Positions 40,407 through 54,029 of a stretch of 64,000 bases of DNA are shown piece after piece (position 1 is the stretch's first letter; each line of letters starts with the position of its first letter). Below the pieces are notes generated by a model. It was not told the DNA's origin and made no database searches. It worked only from the letters and a program-made list of their open reading frames with translations. Position numbers and translations under genes: made by a program. The DNA comes from Cystobasidiomycetes sp. EMM_F5 (taxonomy: Eukaryota): contig JBPGPT010000006.1 in assembly GCA_051047955.1 (NCBI GenBank), forward strand, positions 496,001-560,000. The letters run 5' to 3'.

Positions 40407-42942
40407 CTAGTCGCTATCCGAATCACTGCTTGATGAGCTTTCTGACTCATCCTCCGACCCGCTTGTCGAGTCGTCGTCTCCCTCATCGTCTCCCTCGATC
40501 CGCTTGACGGGTTTGCCTCGCATCGATGCCATTTGTCCCGCAAGCGTGTCCTCCTGAAACGCAAATTTAATGTACATTTATGTCATTATATGCATGGCAA
40601 TTACGCACCTCAGGCTCGGATATGTCATCCTCCACATCTTCAGCTTGCGCAGAGGGTTCTTGAACTTGCATCATCATATCTTTTTGCGCGTCCGTACCGA
40701 TATACGAGTCACTTCGCACATACGTCTGGAATGTATACAAGCCTGCACCGGGTGGCGCCTGGAATGTGACTTGCAGAGTGCGGACTTTGTTAAACCCGAA
40801 GCTGGTAAACCTCGTCGGCGGCACAAATACTCTGGATAGCTTATGATCGCCAACGAAAACGAACCAGGCTGGTTTGCGATTCTGCATGATACGTAAAATC
40901 GTGAGCGGGTTGACGGACTACAGAAGCGTACGACTGTAAATGTACCTTCGGGTAATATGGAGCGTGTACCATCACATCGGGAGTCTCGCCCATTGCACCC
41001 GCTTTTCTGCGACCAATCAGCTCATCGATTTCTTTCTCCTCGCCCTGCTCGACAGTCGTCAATTCCTCTGCTTCGCCATTAACTTGTACAGACGGCAGTG
41101 GTTGACTGGACGGCGGAGTGATCTTGACCTTCATCACCAACTGCACAAAGCAGCCCGGCGTGATAACTTTCTCGCCAACAACTATGCGCATGGAACGCAG
41201 CTGCATCAGTGAATGAAGGCTTCGTTATCGACATCGCATCGTACCTTTAAACTTGGCATCAACGACCTGGAGCGTTGGGAAATTCTCGGCAATCTTGACA
41301 GCATGTTCGTAGTCTTTCGAAGACATATCCGACAGAAGTTCCTGTCGTTGAGTGCTATCCATCTTGACGAAATCATGTATACTAGCAGCTCCCGCTTTGG
41401 CTAAACTCTCGGCTTGCGCAACAGACACGTCCGGGAGTTGGAGGACTGGCGATAACGTTGGGTGGACAGCTTGTACCAGATGCTGATGGAGTGCAGATGC
41501 AATCAAATACGTGTTGAGCCAATTGTGCGCTAGCGAAATATTCATGATGGACACGGTGGAAGTAATGGCCTTTTCGACCGTGATGGCTTTCTCTGCGTTC
41601 ACAAAAGGCTCAATAACTTTTCAAGAAGGCAAGAGCCTGATGACTCACCACGAGCTAGGAGTAGGTCGCTGATGGGTACCCGAAACATGTGAGCATAGAG
41701 GAAAGTTGACGCTCGTTTACATTTCGGAGAGTGAAAGATGGGATCTGAGAGGTGGTCTTGCGTTACCGACTTTGTCGCCTCTTTGACAGCCGAGTCCAGT
41801 GTGCAAATATCTTGGGTCTGTTTTCCCAGATCATCTAGCGCTAACCCAGCTGCAACAATCTGAACCAGCTGGTCGAACGTGGCCTCCTCCTTGAGTTGGC
41901 GAAAGAAGAGCTCGGCAGAGGTCGTGAGTATACCATCTTTCGTCACCCTTCTAGAGCCGTACCACCACGATCCGACAAACCACGGCAACCCAACGCCGAA
42001 CAATAAGGCATATAATGCGATGACGTAGCCATTGTTTTGCGTCTCGACAATCCACTTTGGGAGTGCAATTCCCATGGAGAAGTCTTGCTTGCCATCGGGA
42101 TGCCCATACTGCTCATAGTTTTGGCGCACAGTCTCGTCAGTCAGCGCCTTATAGGCCTTTGTGAGCTCAACATAGTGAGAATTGGCAGCTTCCAAAGTCG
42201 CATTGTCGGCGTTTCTAAGCTTGTCTGGGTGGCTGAAAGGATGGGAATGCGTCAGTTTAGTCGAAAGTAGCGCTTCACGACCAGGCTGTCCATACTATTT
42301 CAAGCTGAGCTTGCGGTAATGACTCCGAATTTTGCCTTCAGCCATGCCCTATGACGGAAGAAGGAAATATTAGAGTACCATCCTCTACTGAAGCTGCATC
42401 CAGGTAGCTAGACTCACCGTCGATATGCCGAGTATTTGGTACGGGTCGTACATTATGGTGCCCGACTCGTAGGAGTATGACCTCTGCAGCACAAAGGCGA
42501 ACGCTACCCATCCCAGAGCAAGGACAGTTTGCCTGAATCAATGGAAGTTGGTCGCATTAGCTTTCAGGCACGACCGCCAGAGCAGGAACTCTCGACGACC
42601 AGACTGACGATTTCGATATTCCAATACTTCGCGGAGTGCTCTTGCGCACGCTATCGTGCTTCCTCGTCCATCCCTCGACGGGCGGCTTCGTCTTTGTCAG
42701 ATTTCGGTCTGGGATACGTGTCGCCAGTCAGGCCGTTGGAAATTATTCGGGCCTAGAGCAAAGTACGTACCACCACTACGAAATACGGCGTAATATGTCC
42801 ATGGGACGAGTATGAATGTAAGGAAAGTGATGAGAAAGAACTGCAGCCGAACATGAGGAACATTCAGTCCAGAGTTGCGCCAACAAAGGGCTGTCGCGCG
42901 TACATAGTATTGGCCCGTCTCATCGTAGGAGTAGCTGGCCAT
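40407..42942 (-). CDS. SEC63: ER translocon J-domain subunit Sec63
   Basis: MASYSYDETGQ, YDPYQILG, HYRKLSLK.HPDK, LTKAYKALTDE, YGHPDGKQ..GIALP, FQAPP, SDSYIGTD, acidic C-terminus. Confidence 0.96.
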
Positions 42943-43185
42943 GGTTCATACGGCAGCAGCGGTGATAGCAGCGGTGTTCTGAAGTCGATGGCAGTGTCGA
43001 AATCCTAATCAAACGCGCTTCTAATTACAAGGCGTTTCAAAACGCTTGATCGGGCTGCAAGGAGGAGCAAGGAGCGTTGATTTGGTCTTCGCAGAACACT
43101 CCAACAGGTCGACATCTGCAGTCGCAAGTAGTAGTCTGCCCCATGAATCAGTACCGTCAGTCATAAGTGCCCAGCAGTCTCAGCC

Positions 43186-44045
43186 ATGTCGACTTCGACG
43201 ACTGGCAGTATCGACGGGGTGTCCAATCTTCGCGCAAAGAACCTCCAACTGGCCATCAACGCCAACGCGGCAGTCAAGTCACTCCTCAACGACGCAAATA
43301 TCGCGGCGCTTGAGCGACTGGAGCAGGCTTCGGATGCACTCTCCGAGCTCATCGAGAACCTGGAAGAGGAATTTGTGGCGTAAATAAGGCATCTCGACAG
43401 CTCGTATGCGAGGCTGAAGTGCTTCATGTTTGCATTATTCTACGTTCTGGGGTGCGCTACTCTAGCCGCAGTAGACGCAGTCCACTCGTAAGTGACTTCC
43501 GTACTGTCCGTCCGTTCAATCTCTGACATCATTCGCAGTCGGCCACGCCCTCCCAAGGACCCACGAATTCAGGTTACTCAGAGCTTGTCCTGGCTGTATG
43601 CAACTAGAAGTGTGTCTCAAGCCGATAAATGACTAACTTTAACCATACCAGTCGCAAACATCTTTCATGAAGGATATGGCCGATTTGCTGCGAAAAAAAG
43701 AGGAGGCTATGGAGGTGAGACTCTATCTGTTCACTGACATTTTCTTGCATACTTACGACCGAATCTACAGCGCCTGCGCAAGGATCACTCGGAAACGCTC
43801 GCAGTCGGTTACCATTCATAGAGAAGGGGGATCAGAGAAGAGGGTACTGACGTGTGCGGATGATACAGAGAGTTATATCCTCTCATGAAGAGACCATAAG
43901 GCATATAAACAGAGAAAGAGAAGAAACTCATCGCGTCAGTCTCCTTTCCGGTCCGCTCTTTCACAATGCTGACACGCTAATCCATCAGATGTATGCATCG
44001 CATCTACTAGGCCGAAGTCGATCGCCAGAGTCGCTCAGGCAGTAA
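43186..44045 (+). CDS. Orphan multi-exon coiled-coil protein
   Basis: Seven exons join in frame through canonical GT..AG introns: MSTSTTG...LEEEFVA|RRSPL|SATPSQ...VLA|SQTSFMKDMADLLRKKEEAME|RLRKDHSETLA|RVISSHEETIRHINREREETHR|MYASH...RQ*. Confidence 0.55.
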
Positions 44046-44343
44046 AATCAGAAAACCTGAAGTATTCAGTAGCAACATACCGTCGTCTGTTCTCGGAGCA
44101 CCATCCGCACGCCTCGGTAGCAATCTCAAGCTTGCAAAATATCGAGCGGATTTCCCATGTAGCGATAGTGAAAACCTCACGGGTTGCAGTAGCTTTTCTA
44201 AAGCGAAAGCTTACAGCAAGGAGATTCAGGAATATTCTCTCACATGTACTGACGCCGTAATGCTGACTCACCTCAGTCGCCTCCGCCATCGGTCAACACA
44301 AATGCGACAACAGCAGAGACTATCGGACGTCGCCACGCGGTCC

Positions 44344-45271
44344 ATGCACTGCGCTACTCTGGACATGTCATCTTCCATGCTCAAGGTCATCAACCTTGTG
44401 CGAAGCGAAGCTTGGTGTGACGTACGGGCACCGCCGTAAGCGCACAGACCGCCTGCGTGATCGGTGCAGCAGAAGCGATTGTCTCAATAGTATGAGAATT
44501 TTCGAAGAAAGATCTCTAAGCAGTGCTGCAGTCTCGACCCTTACCCCTTCGCCAGTGGGTCATCGAATGCAAGTCCCACCTGCACAGCTTATCAAGACTT
44601 TACGCTACAACATACCTTATTCGAGCGGCAGAAATGCAAGTCTCGCAAGAGCGCAGCGAAACAGAGTTACGCGAATACTTTGACAAGCTCAGGTGTCGTG
44701 GTATTGCATGGGCAGATCTGTAAGTACCTGTTAGGCTAATATTATTGAGCATAAGCAAGTTCTGAGTTCTGAATCTCGTACAAGGCAGTGTCGACAGGAT
44801 GCTCATGCGCTACGGAAGCCAAGAAGCTTATGTCAGGCTCACAGAAGAGATCAGGCGCCTTAAAGCTGCTAGAAGACAGATAGACGTGAATACCGGTAAG
44901 TACTCGATAACAAGCCCCACACTGCTCATCGAATTTACGGGTGGATAGCGAATGCACGACAGCTTCCATTGCAGCCGGTGTTCGGTTCGGATACGGACCA
45001 ACAAGAGAGCTCTGCAGCAGTAGCGAACGCAGTCGTCACAACACAGGATGAGCCTGCGCAGACCCATGCTGTTGGCCAGTCGTATCAATCAGCACAGGCA
45101 GTTCGTCGTCAACCGCAATCCGCGGCTCGTCAATCTCTGCCATCATCTTCAGCGGCACGTTACTGGCAGGTCACAGCGCGTCAGAGGATCTCTCGAATTG
45201 CAAAGGGCAGAAAGCGTGCACATGCAGCAAAATTTGATCTGCGGTCTTTCCACGGCAGGAATCATATCTGA
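44344..45271 (+). CDS. Orphan multi-exon hypothetical protein
   Basis: Phase-compatible exons MSSSMLKVINLVRSEAWCD|YENFRRKISKQCC...HGQI|CSVDRMLMRY...IRRLKAARRQIDVNT|ANARQLPLQPVFG... with GTACGG and GTAAGT donors; both ends uncertain. Confidence 0.4.
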
Positions 45272-45672
45272 TTGGGGGTTCAGTGTTTCAAGATCTGGAC
45301 TAAGCATAATGAAAGGTCGATCAGCTTGCGCCGGAAACCCTTCGCGCTGTACTGTGACTCAGGGATGAGCAGGAATAGCTGAATATACTCACGTTCACTG
45401 ACCTGTCATGGCCTTGCTTCGATCGCAATTCAATCATTTACGGCATCTCCTAAACTAATGTGCATACTGCCGTATATATGCTCCACGATAGTGGCATAGA
45501 CTCCGTCACTTCTTTAACCACAGACCGCTTTTCTGGCATGCTTTGATTGTTCAACGCTGCTTCCTTAACGTTTGTGACCCCGAAGGGCCGCACAAACCCA
45601 GCTTGACTAGTGGCGACGCACAGACCCCTTCCGCAAAAAGAGAATATCAGCGTAAAGCTGGGTCTTTCCGAC

Positions 45673-47646
45673 ATGTCGTTGGTGAAGGAACAAAAGCCCA
45701 GTGCGAACTGCGCTCTTCAAGTTCGACCATTTTGTCGGTCAGCCACAACATCGTCTGCCCAGCTTCATCAGCATCATCATCACTCGGGCTTCTGGACCAT
45801 GGCACTACAGGGATTCACGGCATCCACCGATGAAACAGCGGCGCACGCATACTTCGTGAGACTCTTGCTGCTTGTTTAATCGAAATGGGCATCGATGTAA
45901 GCAGGCTTTGATGCCGGTAGCCCAGCTCGTGGTACTGACTTTTTGCATATCCACAGAGTAGACAGGGAAATCGGTCAGCTGGATTTGGAAGGTGCTTACC
46001 ATGCATTTCAAACCTGCATCGAGCAGGATGGCGGACTCTGTTTGTTGTAATTGATACGGTCGGCAAGTCGGAATCCAGGCTGTAGCTGGGGCAAGTGCAC
46101 CTCTCTGCTCGGTGCGCACAGCAGATTTGGAAGCACAACGCGGGCGGTTGTGCCCGCCAGAATCCCGCACAGACCCTGTTCCGAGATCCCAACGGCTGAC
46201 GTGATTGTCCAACATGATCAACTACCTGACTTGATCAAGCCAAAACGGTCGTTGGCATTTTACGGGTTGTCTTTCTTCCTTTCCAACTGATATTATGTAC
46301 ATCATATCGGCGGTCACTCTTCACGTCATTAGATTTGCACACGTGAAGCAATAACGGAGCGCTACTTATTGCGTGCATTGAACATTGGTGATGACGGCGG
46401 CATACGCAGAGAGGCAAAAGTTTTACAGCAAAGTCCGCCAATCCGGCCCATCATGGGCGTCCGTGTGAGCAATATCAAGACTGATGTAGCAAGAAGTAGC
46501 TCCCCACATCTGATACCAGTTTTGATTCAATGTAGCGTGGATAAGCTCATTGACAAGCATGGTCACGAAGCGGCTTATCCATTCCTGAAACTGAAGATCA
46601 CAGACGCCAAGCAAGCCAGAGGTACCAAATTAGGGTCAACGCGGCACAATACTACCGTAACAGAGAGTCCTCGAACACCTGCAGTTGATCGTTCGATGTC
46701 AACGTTTTCAACTGCTACGTCGCATCAAACATCAGGTATCGGTAGAAGCAATCGTCACTCGATGGCACAAATTGCCACACCCCCAACGTCAGCGTTGTCC
46801 ACAACTCCGCAGGCTTTTTCGCTCAGCTCGGATGCCGGGAGTACAGTAGGTAAATGTTCGTGCGTGATGTGTACGTGCTAAACCCTTGATATCTTGATAT
46901 AGACCCTCGAAGCCGAAGCGCCAACAACTTTCATCAAAACCACCAAATCAGCGCAAGATGAATCAGATCTCGCATCCTCCCCCACTCTGGCGTGCAAGTC
47001 AACAAATGGCGTGGACATCGTTCAGGCAAAAGAGGAGCATCCAGCAGCATCGCACTCCTGTGAGGACTATCAAGAGATGTTGGACGGCCTTCGTCCTGTC
47101 AAATCTGTGCAACACGCTGTCGATAGTGGCGTGCAGACCAACTCTGAACCGTACCAGCACGCAAGCGGGACCAGCGTATGGTATACGTCTCATGACGAGG
47201 TCCCGACGGTCATTGTGGGCGTACCAGTGTTACAGCCAGCGTCTGATCACGGCAACATTGGGGCTGCTGGTCTGCAGGTGTCTCAACAGCAGCATGGACA
47301 GCAGCATGGTGCTGTTGATGGGCGAAGGGACAGTAACATCAGTAATATTAGACGAAGGAATAACGGTGGTGGTGCGATTCCCAACCCATATATGAACATG
47401 GTCAGCTCGACTAACGAACCCCAAGCAGATGTCCTGCTTGCATCACTCGGCATGGCGCCCTCTATCGCGAATTACCTTCACACTGTGGGCTTTGAGACAG
47501 TCTCGGATCTACACGCCAGTCAAATGGCTAAAGACGACGTTAAGGAAGTTATCGATTTCATCCGGCAGGAGATTCCATCAATCAATTTTGTCGACGGCAT
47601 CATCGCCATTCGCAAAATGAAAGAAGCTCTGGCTGAAGCTGTATAA
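45673..47646 (+). CDS. Orphan multi-exon protein with Ser/Thr-rich middle and possible SAM-like C-terminal domain
   Basis: Long open exons at ~46330-46850 and ~46900-47646; the last exon ends LLASLGMAPSIANYLHTVGFETVSDL...IRKMKEAL. 5' exon structure poorly resolved. Confidence 0.45.
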
Positions 47647-48410
47647 GCCTGTGCACGGTCAGTTCGCACTGCGCGCAATGTGGAACGGGTACCAGCACAT
47701 TAGCGCATCGGGAGTGGTCATTTGGCCCAACCTAGTATCAAATTTTCGAATGAGCGTAAATTACGTGCAACGGCAATGAACATGAACGCTGGACTGATCT
47801 CCGTTCGGACTACCACCACATAGCTGATACCGTCGCCTTCTATGCTGACGTCCGTTTTCTGTCTTTCGTTTGCATCAAAGACTTACAGTCGCAGCACAAC
47901 GTGTAGTGGGGGCTTTATGGGCGTGGAGCGCAGACACTAACACTGCACGCAGATGATAGAATGGGAGAGCGCCACAATACGCGCTGCCGGCTGCAGTAAA
48001 CTACTTCGGCATTTCAACGTCAACGTTGAGATCGGCACGTTCGGGTCTGCCCAATTTGCCACCAAAGGTCAGGCGCGTCCTCGACACGTTCTGTCATACT
48101 ACCATGTCAAATAGGCAGGTATAAACCAAAACAAAACCGCATGTTCCTGACAAAGGCCCGGGGTTCAAACATGCATTGTCGTCGTTTCCGCAGCGTGCCA
48201 TCAACTCGGTCCTTATGCGAGAAAGCAGTGATCCTTAGCATGACCCACTGCACACTGAATAGATGATCATCCTATCACTGATTTTCGACAGAACGACCTC
48301 CATCTATCTGGCGACTTTAGTCTTCAAGATATCGGGACGTGCCTTCGCGTTCACACTGGGTCTCGATTTATCCAAATAATCTGGAAGGTGTCTGTTGGCC
48401 GCAACGACCC

Positions 48411-50451
48411 ATGGATGACTTCCTCCTTGACCGACCTCTTCGCATCGCCATTGTGACGGAGAACTTCCTGCCAAAAGTTGATGGAGTGACGCGGACTTTG
48501 GCGCGCCTGCTTGATTACCTTCGTGAACACGGCCATGAGGCAATACTTTTGGGTCCCGAAGGCGGACTGTAAGGCAGCAGTGGGTCCAAGTGAGACTTAA
48601 GCTCACTGTCTTCGTGCCATACTCAGGACGGAATATGCTGGGCATCAAGTGATTGGCACTCGTGGCATCCCGTTATATTTTTATCCGGGCGTAAGTAACA
48701 TAATGACATCGACATTCGCAGGCTGATGATACGACCAGCTTAATCTCAACTTCTTCCGCTTGTCTTTCTTGAAAAACGTCAAGGCGTTTGATCCAGATTG
48801 CATCCACTATGTAGGCACCTTAGAAGAATCGGTACAGAATACAGCTAAACCCCTGTCCCAGGTTGATCCGATCTGGTTATCAGCTCAAGCACAGCCGTTA
48901 ATCGAACGAAGCCTACCAGATGTCGCAGCTATTTCATCCGTGAGCAGAGACTTGTGAGGTACATTCAAGGCACTGAACCAATTTTGACCAGTATCACACC
49001 AATCTAGCTCGTTATGCGACGTACGCCGAGAATTCTGACGAATTGCGGCTGTAAGACTGAATCTGCGGTATGCGGTTGCAGGATGTATGGTTTCGGTGTC
49101 CTCGTCAGGGCGATGTGGTCGTTACAACGCCGACTGCACGGTCATTGTATGGCGACATTCTGCCCAAGTCCCTCTACACGCGAAATGCTACACGCGAATG
49201 ATTTCCACAATGTAGAAATCTGGCCGCGTGGCATTGATACGCAACTCTTTAGCACGAAGAAGCGCAACTTGGAACTCCGTAACTCTTGGAAGCTTCAACA
49301 ATCGAACAAACCTGAGAAAGTAGTAATTACCTATGTAGGACGGATATCAAACGAGAAGAACATTCATCTTCTCATCGAGGCCTTCCGTGGCCTGGAAGCA
49401 GCCGCCAAGCTCTTCAATCCAGATTTCCCCGGTTGCAAGCTGGTGTTGGTCGGTGACGGTCCGGCTCGAGTACAGCTGGAGAAGTCATGTCAAGACATCG
49501 ATGTCAGTTTTGCCGGCTATCGCGGAGGTGAAGATTTAGCAGCGCACTACGCCAGCGCAGATATCTTCGGCTTTCCGAGTCATTCAGAAACCTTCGGCAA
49601 CGTCGTTCTGGAAGCGATGGCCAGCGGATTGCCTGTCGTAGGACTTCGGGCTGAAGGCGTCTGTGACCTGGTCAAAGACGGATGGAATGGTCTCCTGCTG
49701 GACGTAGAGAATTTAGGAACCGCGGAATCAACAACTGCTCAACGAGATGGCAAGGCGACCTCGAAGTCTATGGAGGAATTGTTCACACCAGGCAGCGTTA
49801 CATTCGACGACGGTGTCAAGCAGTACCGGCTTCTCCTACTGCGTTTGTGCTTGGACAACGAGCTGCGATTACGCATGGCCCAGCAAGCCAAAACGTATGC
49901 TGCCACTAGGGGATGGGAGGAAGCTATGGAATGTCTGATGACAGGTCAGTGGTGGACTTCATTAGCCGCAACGCATCGTTAGTAATGCCTGGGTGTCTCA
50001 AGGATATCGCAAGGCAGCTATTGAGACGAGGCGCCGGCGTGCCGAACGGCTTCAGAATGCATTTTCTCGGTCCAGCAGTACATCCAGCCTGTTATCGGAG
50101 GCGTCGTTCATCGACATCAAGGTAGAACATCCGCCAGAATCGGTTGCTCAGGTCGCTCTGGGAGCCGTATCTTCGCGACTGCTGTTTGGACGGCCCGCCG
50201 TCAAAGGCATTCTGAGACGGTCGACTCGACAAGCAATCGGAAAATCGATATCCTTGAAAATTCAAGCATCGAGAGAGACATATCGCGAGCTGACCACAGC
50301 GAAGCGTCCCGAGCTATACGGATGGCAGATAGTGGCGTGTGAGCACCGTTCAATCAGAAAGATGTGTCAGTGGGCTGAGAATACCGCAGTCTGCATCCTT
50401 TTAGCCCTAGTATGGACAGCTAGACGGTATTTTGATGGTATATACGCTTGA
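48411..50451 (+). CDS. Glycosyltransferase family 4 (SQD2/MgtA-like subfamily)
   Basis: LRIAIVTENFLPKVDGVTRTL, SYHTNL, WPRGID, YVGRISNEKN, VGDGP, FPSHSETFGNVVLEAMASGLPVV; many introns. Confidence 0.92.
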
Positions 50452-50551
50452 ACATGATGGATCTTGTCATATCTACCCTCGCAGCTGGGCTGTGATGCAC
50501 GTCATGTTGCCGTACGTGTAGTGTACTAGATTTGCATCTAATGTTTTCATA

Positions 50552-52403
50552 TTATAATCGCGCATCTTCTTCTTCGATATTTCTTAGCCAAGCCCCTGCA
50601 CAGATGTATACTCAGCACCAACGTTGCCCTCGCTTGCATTTTATTATGCTGCACCTATTGCCCCAAGATAACCTTCGTGCCGTAAGAACAGAGCGCGTTT
50701 AGTGCCTTTCGACCAGAAACGGATTGCATATGAAAGCGTCGAGACTGTTGCGGGATGACCTCGAATGAAACATCCGCCAAAGTAGATGTGATCCAGATTG
50801 TGCTTCTCTGCATTCATGTACCTGTCGCGAAACATGTCAATGTCGTGCAGACAATGAAACAGGGTAAATAGATGTACGCTATCTGCCCAATGTTATTACT
50901 GATAGCGTAGAGGAGAGATTTTGCGATATCCTCAGGCTTGAACTGTTTCTTCTTGTTGCCTTTGCGAAATACTTTGCCAAAGGACGAGGCGATGGTGGAA
51001 GACTTTAATCCAATCTTAGAATAATCCGATCCGTCTGAATAAGAGTACAGCACTGTTTTAGTAGAGTTTCGCATCCTCAGCCGTGTCAGTACTGACATAT
51101 GTCGCCGACAAGCATGTCTACACTAGAGTTATCGCCCTTTTCCGACAACGCCAGCATTTCTGCATTATGATCAGTCAGGTCAGCCATATCCCGAAACTAC
51201 TCCCGCATCTAGTGACTTGCCATCAAACGACTCTGCACCGGTCAGCATACTCAACAAGCCCCACAGGGTTCCGCCGCCCAGACTCGTCCCGCTTATACGC
51301 TCGTACTGGCCAAAGTCAGTCACTTTGATGATAGATACTCCGGAGCCAATGTTGACCAGCATGCACGGAAATTGCGGAGCGGGATAATCGTCGAAAGCCA
51401 TGGAGTATTGCGGAGGATTGGGCGACGGCCTCGGCAAGTCATGGTTGCCGTTTATTACAGGTTTCGTTATCGGCTCTTGAGCTAGTTGCGGATGTGATAT
51501 CTCCTGGACCAGCTCGTCGGAGTACCAGAAGACCTCGTGTGGAATTTCCATGCAAAAGGTCAAACCTGCAATCAAGCACTCCATCTCCTCCTCCTTCCGG
51601 ACCTCAATGCCCAACCTCTGTGCCAATTCGTCGTAGAACAGATGCGCACCACCTCCAGTCGCCATCAGCTTGACATGCTTTGCCTTGAATTCCGTACACG
51701 GTATGTTGTGGGAAGCGGCGGAAGACTCGACGAGTTGGTCTACAAAGTTGATGCAGCTTTCCATGTCGGACGTCTCAAACTTTGTAAAGTTGAGCCATCC
51801 GCCTGGTATCGTTCCGCTTGTGAGCGAATTTGATCTTGCTGGTCGAGAACCGCCTCCATTGGTAAGCGCCGGACGAGATGAACGGTCTTGACTGCGAGAG
51901 GTGGAGGAGAACTTGCGAGAAGAAGTAAAGCCATATCGAAAGCCATTGACGGACGCTAGAGATTCGGGGCCAAGTACTCCATTCGGCGCAGGAGTTAGCC
52001 GACCTGGGGAAGAAGGTCTACTGGAAGTGGGTGTTCGTAGGTTGGGAGTTTGCGTAGAGCGAGGCTGAAAGTAAGAAGCAGCATTCTCTTCATAGTCTTC
52101 ACTGCTGCCATCGTTGTTCTGCCCGTCATCTCGAGCTTTCCCCTTGCCGTTCAAACTGCTAGCACTCGTGCTTGCCGGGGAGCGGGAAAAGTAGACTACC
52201 TTTGCGAGCGAGCCGCCAATGTCGAGTGCAACGTGGCTCAGCCATTCCGTGTGGGCGGGCAGGTAGATATCTCTGGAATCTCTAGCGCCGTACTCGGCTG
52301 CAGCTGCGCTCGTACCGGCTTCGTTGTCGGTATCGACAATTACCGCGCCAGACGTGTTGACGTGCACCGCAGTCCGCGAGGAAGGCAGGTAGCGGTCTTC
52401 CAT
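50552..52403 (-). CDS. CAB1: Type II pantothenate kinase
   Basis: [88 protein letters not shown]. Confidence 0.96.
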
Positions 52404-52595
52404 TTTGTGTGCTGTAGACGGCAGCAAGTCTGCATGAAGTTGCAACGGCGAGCTTGTTGTTGTTTAGCTTGCAAGGCTCGAATGGCTCGCTTGACTCTGG
52501 ACTGAATCAGCCACCCAGTCATGCGTTTACGGATATAAAATGTGTCAACTGTGAGGGGTCTGCAGCTTGGACAGCTTCCATTCACCGCGTTCACC

Positions 52596-53791
52596 ATGTA
52601 CAACATGCCCGGCGGCGTCTCTGCCTCTTCCTACCGCGAACCAGCCGTTCATGCAGACTACGACAGCCCTGATGATGACGGTGAAGACCAGTTCCACGAA
52701 GCCTCGTCGAATGTCGACGTGCCCCGATACGGCAGCGAAGATAGTGAATCTAGCTCAGAGTCGGATGACTGGCAAGATGCTGCCGAACTAGCAGTAGGTT
52801 ATTAAATCATCTACTTGCATGTCGGGCTCAAAATAGCTAATAATTGATGCCGCAGGACCTCCTTGCTCAGGCATCGAAGCACAAGACGGAAGGCAATGTC
52901 AACTTTGGTGCTATGCGCGACCAAGATGCCCTGGAAGCATACAATGCTGGAGTGGCCTGCCTGCCAGCTCGCAAAGTACCGAAACCCAAGAAGGCAGCAA
53001 ATGGCAAGAATGACGGCAAGACGGATCTCTCCGACGACGAAGATGATGTATATGCCATCAAGAAGCCTGCCAACGTTAGCGGCGCTTCTTCAGGACAAGC
53101 CAACGCCTCGCAAATTCATGAACTTCAAGACGATACGGACGCAAAGGCTTTCATTGCGGGCAGCGCCCTGTCCAAGGAGGAGGCAGAGCTCGTCGAGCTG
53201 AGAAGCACACTCTGGTCGAATATCGCAGCCTGCTATATGCGCATGGTAAATGCTTTGATTTATACTTTGTTTGCAGCATTCTGAACCTGGACCGCTGCAC
53301 AGACTAAATACAAGGAGGCTGTCGAGGCCGCAACTGAAGGTGGGGATGTGCATGTGTCAACACGACTAGTCTAACAGTCTACCATTAGCCCTCGCAGATA
53401 AGCCAAATTACACAAAGGCCCTTCAACGCAGAGCCAATGCAAATGAAAAGCTCAATACGTGGACCAGCTTGTCGGCTGCGCTTGACGACTACAAGAAGCT
53501 GGCTACTCACTCGGATGTGCCAAAGTCTGCTCTTGGCGCTAATCGCGTTGCTCTGCGGACTCTGCCTGGGCGTATCGAGGAGCGCAAGAATGCCGAAACC
53601 AAGGAGATGATGGATAAGCTGAAAGGACTTGGCAACAGCTTGCTCGGTATGTGAGAGTAAAAGGTCGTGTAGGAAGTGCTAATGCAGTCACTCTAGGCAA
53701 GTTTGGCCTCTCGACGGACAACTTTCAGTTCGTAAAGAACGACGAGACTGGGGGATATTCGATGAATTTCTCGCAAGCTCCGGCAAAGTAG
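52596..53791 (+). CDS. TTC1: Tetratricopeptide repeat protein 1-like
   Basis: KTEGNVNF, LWSNIAACY, YTKALQRRA TPR segments; C-terminal EMMDKLKGLGNSLLGKFGLSTDNF...GGYSMNF typical of TTC1. Confidence 0.88.
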
Positions 53792-54029
53792 AGCGTTGTA
53801 GTGGAGACTGTCGTTGTACGCGTATTATCCCATTGCAGCTGTCGTTGTACTGTCTGTTGGCACTTTTTCTACAGTTTGCTCTCGATCCAGACTGCCACAA
53901 GCCCTGGACCATCGTCACTTCATCGCGTAAAGTCGCTGCGAGGCGGGATGAGCTCGGTGGACACGAATTGTAGCATAAAACAGCACCGATACTGCGTATG
54001 GCTTGCACAAGCTGCACACTGCGTCAACC

